Below are positions 57,466-64,000 of a stretch of 64,000 bases of DNA, in pieces; positions within the stretch are counted from its first letter, which is position 1, and each line of letters begins with the position of its first letter. The stretch lies in the NCBI GenBank assembly GCA_016618085.1, contig JABLTG010000002.1, positions 62,001 through 126,000 on the forward strand, read 5' to 3'. Source of the DNA: Neovahlkampfia damariscottae. Lineage: Eukaryota. The notes under the pieces are model-generated. The model made no database searches and was not told where the DNA came from. It saw only the letters and a list, made by a program, of their open reading frames with translations. Made by a program: the position numbers and the translations under genes.

Positions 57466-57511
57466 TTTATTTTTATTGGTCAATTCAGATTATCCTATCA
57501 AATTCATTTTT

Positions 57512-59694
57512 ATGTCCTTCTATCATCAACAACAAAATCAACAAGAACTTGAAGTAAAAAATAAAGATTCATTAAAACTTTAGAAAAAAGAGATTCTACT
57601 AAAGACACCACAATCATTTATCAATGATTTAGGATCAAATATGAATTTTCTTGGTGAACCTGATGTTCTTATTGATTTAAAGAAATATTTAGATTTTAAT
57701 GATGAATTTCGATTAAAATTTATACAATTGTAAAATAAGATCTGATTAACAATACAGAGGTGGAATATATTCTATTCAAAAAATATTAATTTCATTAATT
57801 AAGAAAATGGAGTTTTGTAATTATGAATATATTGATTGTATAATGAATATATATGATGATTTATTAAAAAATAATGGTATATTAATATTTATAGATCATA
57901 AAGATATACTTTGTACATTTGGAGAATTAATTACATGTTCAACTAAAATTATTGAACCAAGAAGAAAAGCATTAAAAATATTGAGTAAAATTAGTTTATA
58001 TTCAGAGAATGGACATGAAATTATAGTAGAATGGTATTTAAATTTATATCAAAAATTACATTTAGAACCAATTAGATTTACACATTTAATCACAATGTTA
58101 AAAATAGATACTAATCAAACATTTAGATCAAGTTGTTTAAAATTTTTAAATTCTTTATTACATTTTGATAGAAAAATGATATTAGAACAAGAATTAAATG
58201 AATTAGGATTATTTGAATTTGTTGAATTACTTTATTTTAAAAAAGAAAAATGTTCAGATAAATTAAAAAAAGAAATTGAAAAAATAATAAGAAAAGATAA
58301 TTCTTTAAATTTAAATTTAAAAATTGAATTTAATGATTTATTTAAAAAGAATGAAAATTCAATAGATTCATTAATTTTAATTTTTAAAGAATTAAATAAA
58401 ATTGAAAATTTAAATGATACAAAATTAAATAAAATTTTAATGGAAATTAAAAATATATCAAATGAAAAAGAGGATAATGATGATGAAAATAAACAAATGA
58501 ATAATTTAATTAGAATTAATTTTATGGGTTTTGGTGAATTTGGAAAAGAAGATGAAATGAATAATCATTCACTTGTTTCTATTTGTGCAAAAAAGAAATC
58601 ATTTAAAAAATTAAAAATTAAAAAACAAAATGAAATTAAAAAACAAAGAAGTGAATCATTAAATAATGGTCAAAAAAGAAATGCATTAAGATTTCAACAA
58701 TCAAATAAAACATTAAAATCAATGGATGATATTCAAAAATTTGAAAAGAAAATTGAATATTTAAAAAAGTATGGATTTAAAATTAAAAATATATTTAAAA
58801 ATGATTCTTCAATACTTGAAATTACATTATTAAAAAGTAATTTATATTTTTTTCATTTTAAATAAAAAGAAATGTTAAATAATGATTTAATTGATTTATC
58901 AAATTATGATAATCCAAATAATGTTGCAACTTTATTTAAACAAACTTTGAATGGTTTTATTAGATTCCCTTCTTTTTTAGTTGATTTAGATGATGAAAAA
59001 GTGATGAAAGAAAAACTATTATTATCTCCTGACATTAAATATATTCAAATGGTATATTAATATTCTATTAATATATTTTAAGTTATTTGAACTTTTATTT
59101 GTGATTTCTAAAAGTTCAAAAATTAATAATATGACTTCAAAAGATTTATCTATTATTTTTGCACCAATTTTAGTTGATAATTCAACAGATGATACTTCTC
59201 AAAATGTAATTTGGCACATGATCAGTGATTATCCCAAAATATTTGATATTTCAAATGAGAATTTAATTTTATTACTTCAAGATTCTTTGGGAGAAAAGGA
59301 AATATTGAATGAGAATGATTCAACAATATCTTCCAAAAAGATTTACAAACATGGTGTTCAATCTAAAAAAGTATAACATGTTATACAAACTAAACTGTTT
59401 CAATAGAACAATTTGACTCATAAATGGGGAAAGGTATATCTTTCAATTCAAGAAGAGAAACTTCAAACATTTTCCAATGTTTCGGATTTTAAAAAAGGAA
59501 AAAAACCAAGCTCAACAATATCATTGTCATATTCTGTTTGCGATTTTGAAGATAGAAATGGTCATCCTTATTGTTATTCAGTATTCAGTCATGGAAAAAC
59601 AACACTCTTTGAAGCAGAGAACGAGGCAGAAAGAAATGAATGGGTCAATATCATTAAGCGATTGATTTCCAAAAATATCAAATCAGAATTTTAA
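57512..59694 (+). CDS. Formin-type GBD/FH3 + RhoGAP-like + PH domain protein, spliced
   Basis: FH3-like ALKIL..ISL...GHEII...RFTHLI.ML...SCLKFLNSL...ELGL; RhoGAP PNNVATLFK, NNMTSKDLSIIFAP; PH HKWGKVY...EAERNEWVNII. Confidence 0.72.
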
Positions 59695-59699
59695 AAAAA

Positions 59700-60284
59700 A
59701 ATTAATTGTTTGTGTCTGATTTTTTTTTTCTTTTAGCTTTTGAAGTTAATGAGACAGTTGGTGAATCAAACTTGTTGAAATCAAGCTTCTTTGGTTGAAT
59801 TTCGCCAATTTGATCACGTAATTCTTTGATAGCAGTAAAAAGTAGTTGAACATTTGTTTGAGCATTTGAATGTTGATTATCAGTTTTTGGGGTTCTCCAT
59901 TCGCCTTGTAGTTGAATTGGTTGATGTTCAAGATGAAGTTGAATTTCATCATCATATCCTGGAGATTGAACTGATCCAACAAAGTCATATTCTTATTCTG
60001 ATTGTTTTGAGTCTTGTGACTGTGTTGGATTTTGTAAATCACTTCCTGGTGTTGGTGCAGGAGTGTTACCATTAAAGCGAGAATTTTCAGCAGCAATTTC
60101 TTCTTCAGTTGGTGAGTGTTGTAAGATTTCCGGTTGTTCATAAGTTTTTCCAGCACGAGTTTTCATAGCATGTTAGGTTGTAGTTTTGTTTTTGTTGAGT
60201 TTTCTATCCATTTTTGTCTAGTTTCTCTATTCAGCTAAAAAATGTTTGGAATAAAGGTTTGTGTAAGTTAAAAGTAAGTTTGAG
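59700..60284 (-). mobile_element. Truncated LTR retrotransposon: partial family-A LTR plus gag-like pseudogene
   Basis: LTR end ...TTCCAAACA at 60243; ORF from 60166 MKTRAGKTYEQ... with in-frame TAA at codon 58 (59993-59995); less AT-rich than host genes. Confidence 0.72.
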
Positions 60285-60639
60285 TGAAATTGGTTGATTT
60301 TTTTTTATTCAAAAATAACTTCATACCATTTTCCTTTTTGAATGTTTTTCATTAATTCAATCATTTCTACTAATACAAATAGTATCACCACTAGACCAAC
60401 ACCATAAATGAAAGAAGTATTCATTACTGATTTTCCATTTTTAATGAAATTTTAGAAGAAATGCATTTGGTTTTAATTAAAAGATCAAAGAAAAAAAAAC
60501 TGTGACTTTTTATAATTAATTATAAAGTGAAGAGAATGAAAAGGATGTTTTGAAGAAAAAAAGAATTAGGTTGATAATTTTTAAAAAAAAAAAAATTTAT
60601 TTTTTTAGAAATTCAACACAAGAGCACTCACACCTTACC

Positions 60640-61926
60640 AACACACAATTTGCTGAAAAGATTTCTGAAGTGTTTAATTATTATTAATCAGAAAAGAACA
60701 TTAGAGATTTCAATAATCAACTCAAAGAAGTAGATGTAAAATTACTTAATCTTTGTACTAAGTCTAAACTTGATGCTGGAAGAAGAAGATTATTGCCTAA
60801 AGAAATATCAGATAAGTCTTTGAACATTTTCAAGAAAAAAGAAAGAAACGAGAACAAATTAGTTAAGTTGTTATATTTGGTATGTTCAAAATTATTCATT
60901 TTTCAGGAATGATTCAAAAAGAAAAAATTATTTTAAATGTTAACATGAACATAGTAAACTCATTTTAAAAAGAACATGGATTTGTACTAAAAAAAGGAAC
61001 AAAAGTTAGCCACTTTTTACCAATTCAATATAACAAATTGATGAGGCATTTTTTAAATTGATTTACAACACTTTGAGTGGACATTTCTATAATAAAAATA
61101 GAATTGTAAACATGAATGAAACTTCATTGAGCAGGTAAACATTAATTCAACTAATTTTATTAGAAATATCTCTTCAAATGAAACAATTGCTAAAGCTGAA
61201 GAAAAGAATATCAAAATTAAAACTGAAAGTAAAGAAAAAGAAGTTGTTACTGTTTGTGTGTTTATTTCATTTTATGAAATGTTAATACTTTTGGTTGTTT
61301 TTAAAGATGTTTTTTAAAACCTGATGAATGCAAGTTATCACCAATTGATGCTAAATACAAAAATAAGATGAGAGTAATAAGAACACAATCTTGTAGCGAT
61401 GTGGTAACTAGCAGTGGTTGTAAACGAGGTAATCTAAAAACAAGTGTTAACGGAGAAAAACAATAAGTTTATTCACCGACCAGAGTATGTTTGAATTAGA
61501 AACAGTTTATCACTTTGATTGTTCTTCTGTAGTTTCTTATGTTTAACAAATCACAGGAAGAGAGAATTAAATTGGCTTAAACATTGGAAGAGGTTCCCTT
61601 GCCAAAGTAATTAATGGAAGAGGTTCCATTGCTACAAATCTGAAAAGGTTAACCATAAAGCTATGCTATTTTATCAAGACACAATTTTAAAAAATCACAT
61701 GTTAAAGGTGAAAAAAAGTCCAAATGACAGGTTACTGTTGTGTTTGAACGACTGGTATCATCACTTTGATGCTTCAGCTTTAATCAATAATAAAGTTATC
61801 TTTAAAACTACAAGAGAAGAAAAGAAAATAGATGTACTAAAAATACTGCCTGGATGTACTTCAATAGCACAACCTGTTGATGTTGAAATAAATAAAACAT
61901 TAAAATGCTCTTACAGATTATTATAA
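60640..61926 (+). pseudogene. pogo/Tigger-like (DDE_1) transposase pseudogene
   Basis: AGRRRLLP, HGFVLKKGT, IVNMNET, ETIAK.EEKNIKIKT...KEVVTV, LLLCLND, ILPGCTSIAQPVDVEINKTLK; stops and frameshifts; boundaries approximate. Confidence 0.82.
61392..61636. mobile_element. Solo LTR (family B), 245 nt, inserted in the transposase
   Basis: TGTAGCGATG...CATTGCTACA (9/10 inverted match); AATCT duplication at 61387-61391 and 61637-61641; removal restores the local transposase frame. Confidence 0.88.
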
Positions 61927-62714
61927 TTTTTCAAAAAATAAATTTTCTAGATTAAAAAATATTAGATATATTTTATAAATTAATTTATATTACAATACCA
62001 ATGTTTGAATAAATTTGTAAGGATACAAATCTTACAACAACCAATATTAAGGTAAATTTTTTTTTATATGAAAATAAGGTTTTCCTTTGTGTAGATGGAT
62101 GGTTCACGGACTGGAAAAATAAAATTTGTCAATTTCTGAAAAATCATTTCATAATGTTCAAAAATGATGAAGCAGTTAATCAAATAATCTGGCATACTTT
62201 ATTTTCAGATTTTCCAAAAATACTTGTAGATTAAGTTATACCAATGTTAGGATCATTTCATGTAGAAAAGCATTTCTAAATAATAAAAATGTTTTAAATG
62301 AAATCAAACCAATTGTTGCAAATATGAAAAGATCAAAATCAAGCCAAGAAGAAGAATTTGATGGAATATATTACTTAATAGATGTTATAAATCCAGTTAT
62401 GAGAGAAATTTTAATGGATAATACAATTGATGATTTTGATGCATATTTGAATAATATGAAATGTTGTTTTGAATTTTTTAAAAATCTTTATTGTATGGCG
62501 ACGTTAAATACGCTCAAACACTGAAATAGAGTATTTTAGACAAATTCGCAATAGTCAGAATCAAAAAAAATGAAATTACTTCCTTGCGAATTCTGATGAA
62601 TTAGTGGGTTTTCCAATGCTCTAGTTGGTCATTTTAACCACAATATTTTAATTCAAAATTAAAAAACAAAAATGATTCGTTTTAGCTTCGGATTTGGATT
62701 GAAATTGGATTGAG

Positions 62715-62780
62715 TTTGGATTTGGATTTGGATTTGGATTTGGATTTGGGTTTGGGTTTGGGTTTGGGTTTGGGTTTGGG
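62715..62780 (+). repeat. (TTTGGA)5(TTTGGG)6 hexamer array
   Basis: Read directly; degenerate copies continue upstream to about 62690. Confidence 0.95.
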
Positions 62781-63464
62781 TTTTGTAACAATTGAACAGT
62801 GACCATTAATAAGGTATATTTAGCTTTATTCTGCTTTCAATGACAGTTGAACCCTATTCTAAAACAAACATTTTTTAAACGACTACCTGAAAAAAAAGAA
62901 AATGAAAAATCAAAAAATTTCAAGAAATTTGGTGGCAAAAGACACATAAAATTAATTAGTAGATGATTTAATTCCCTCAAAATATAATGATTTAATATTT
63001 GAATTTAATTTTGAAAAACAGAGTTTTAAAAAATCCAAGAAATGAAGAAAGAAAAGAAGAAAAAGAAAACCAATTGTATTAACAAAGAAATAGAATTTCA
63101 AAAAGAATTGAAACACTTATTAAAGTTACAGAAAATTAAAAAAATGAAAAGACCTGTAAAAACTAAAACTCAATCAATCAACAGATTAGCTGCTTCATTA
63201 TCTAATCTGACTAAAATTAGTTGATGATCAAATTGAACTTTCAAAAAATATGCAATTAATAATTGCACAATTCAACACACCAATTGGAGAATAATGTATT
63301 GCTTCAGTCAAATCTCTCATTCGGATGAAGAGTCTCAGTAGAGAATTGACGAAACTATTGTGCAATAAAATTTTTCCAGTTTAAAAAAAATATCATTGGT
63401 GGAGTTTTTCCAACCATCCATTTCATTTTTCACCAATAGAGCAGATAAAATAATTTTATAAATA

Positions 63465-63959
63465 ATGGACGAATTTAACAACTGGATGGTTGAAAGCAAA
63501 AAAAATAGAAAAAAAAATGTTCAAAAACTTGAAGAGGAGGAGAACAATAAAACTAAAAGAAAAATTTCATTTTTCTCAAATGTAAATTGGAAAGAAGTTC
63601 AAGAAGAAGCTCAAGAGTTTTCTGTTTTAAATCAATTAGAAGATTATATTGAAAATTTAGATGAAGATTTAAAAACTGAAGAAAAAATGGAAGAAAAAAA
63701 CAATAAATTCAAAGACTATGAACTTAATCCTTTTGATTATAGAATTAAACACTTTGCTCCACTATTTTCATTTCAATGGCCAATGGAATATAACGAATTG
63801 GAAAGAAATTTTTGTAGCCCATTTGAAAGTATAACTGACGAAGACTTAAAAGAAGCAAAAAAAAAAAGTATAAAAGAATTTTTGAAACAAAGATTAAAAA
63901 CTAAAAAATCTGAGGTGAAAGGAGTTAGAAAAACAACAAAACGATATAATAAAAAATAG
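63465..63959 (+). CDS. Hypothetical protein, 164 aa
   Basis: Intact ORF preceded by CCAAT elements; no family recognised. Confidence 0.6.
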   Translation: MDEFNNWMVESKKNRKKNVQKLEEEENNKTKRKISFFSNVNWKEVQEEAQEFSVLNQLEDYIENLDEDLKTEEKMEEKNNKFKDYELNPFDYRIKHFAPLFSFQWPMEYNELERNFCSPFESITDEDLKEAKKKSIKEFLKQRLKTKKSEVKGVRKTTKRYNKK

Positions 63960-64000
63960 ATCCATTATTCAATTCTTGACAACAATTGGTTTAAAAAAAC

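Noticed and set aside
59746..60156. Track ORFs 59746-60156 (-) and 59854-60075 (+) as genes
   Set aside because: Alternative frames of the gag-like relic, whose ATG-initiated frame starts at 60166
61585..61627. TGGAAGAGGTTCC direct repeat as a CRISPR-like array
   Set aside because: Only two 13-nt copies, inside an LTR, in a eukaryote

Overview
This is very AT-rich, extremely compact eukaryotic (protist) nuclear DNA in the standard genetic code. It holds about 40 protein genes broken by tiny (about 28-47 nt) GT-AG introns, so the ORF track fragments many genes and misses MAGOH, ARPC5 and PFDN2 entirely. Divergent signatures in ATP synthase beta, a hybrid histidine kinase and an FtsX-type permease suggest a discoban, possibly heterolobosean, amoeba (inference). 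Positions 1-59.7 kb are a dense housekeeping array in which almost every start codon has a CCAAT-type element (often TTGACCAATCAA) about 10-50 nt away. Positions 59.7-63.4 kb are a mobile-element graveyard. It contains a truncated gag-like ORF behind a partial LTR whose full 152-nt solo copy (TG..CA, 5-bp target-site duplication) lies at 9968-10119. It also contains an intron-bearing pogo/DDE_1 transposase pseudogene interrupted by a second 245-nt solo LTR, and a TTTGGG array. Other notable items: a PTS2-bearing aspartate aminotransferase with a second ATG just after the signal, a Mad3/Bub1 protein with a dead kinase, nearly pure poly-A introns, a possible 6-nt microexon and an unannotated 49-aa spliced microprotein. 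All family assignments are by eye from motifs; no searches were run.
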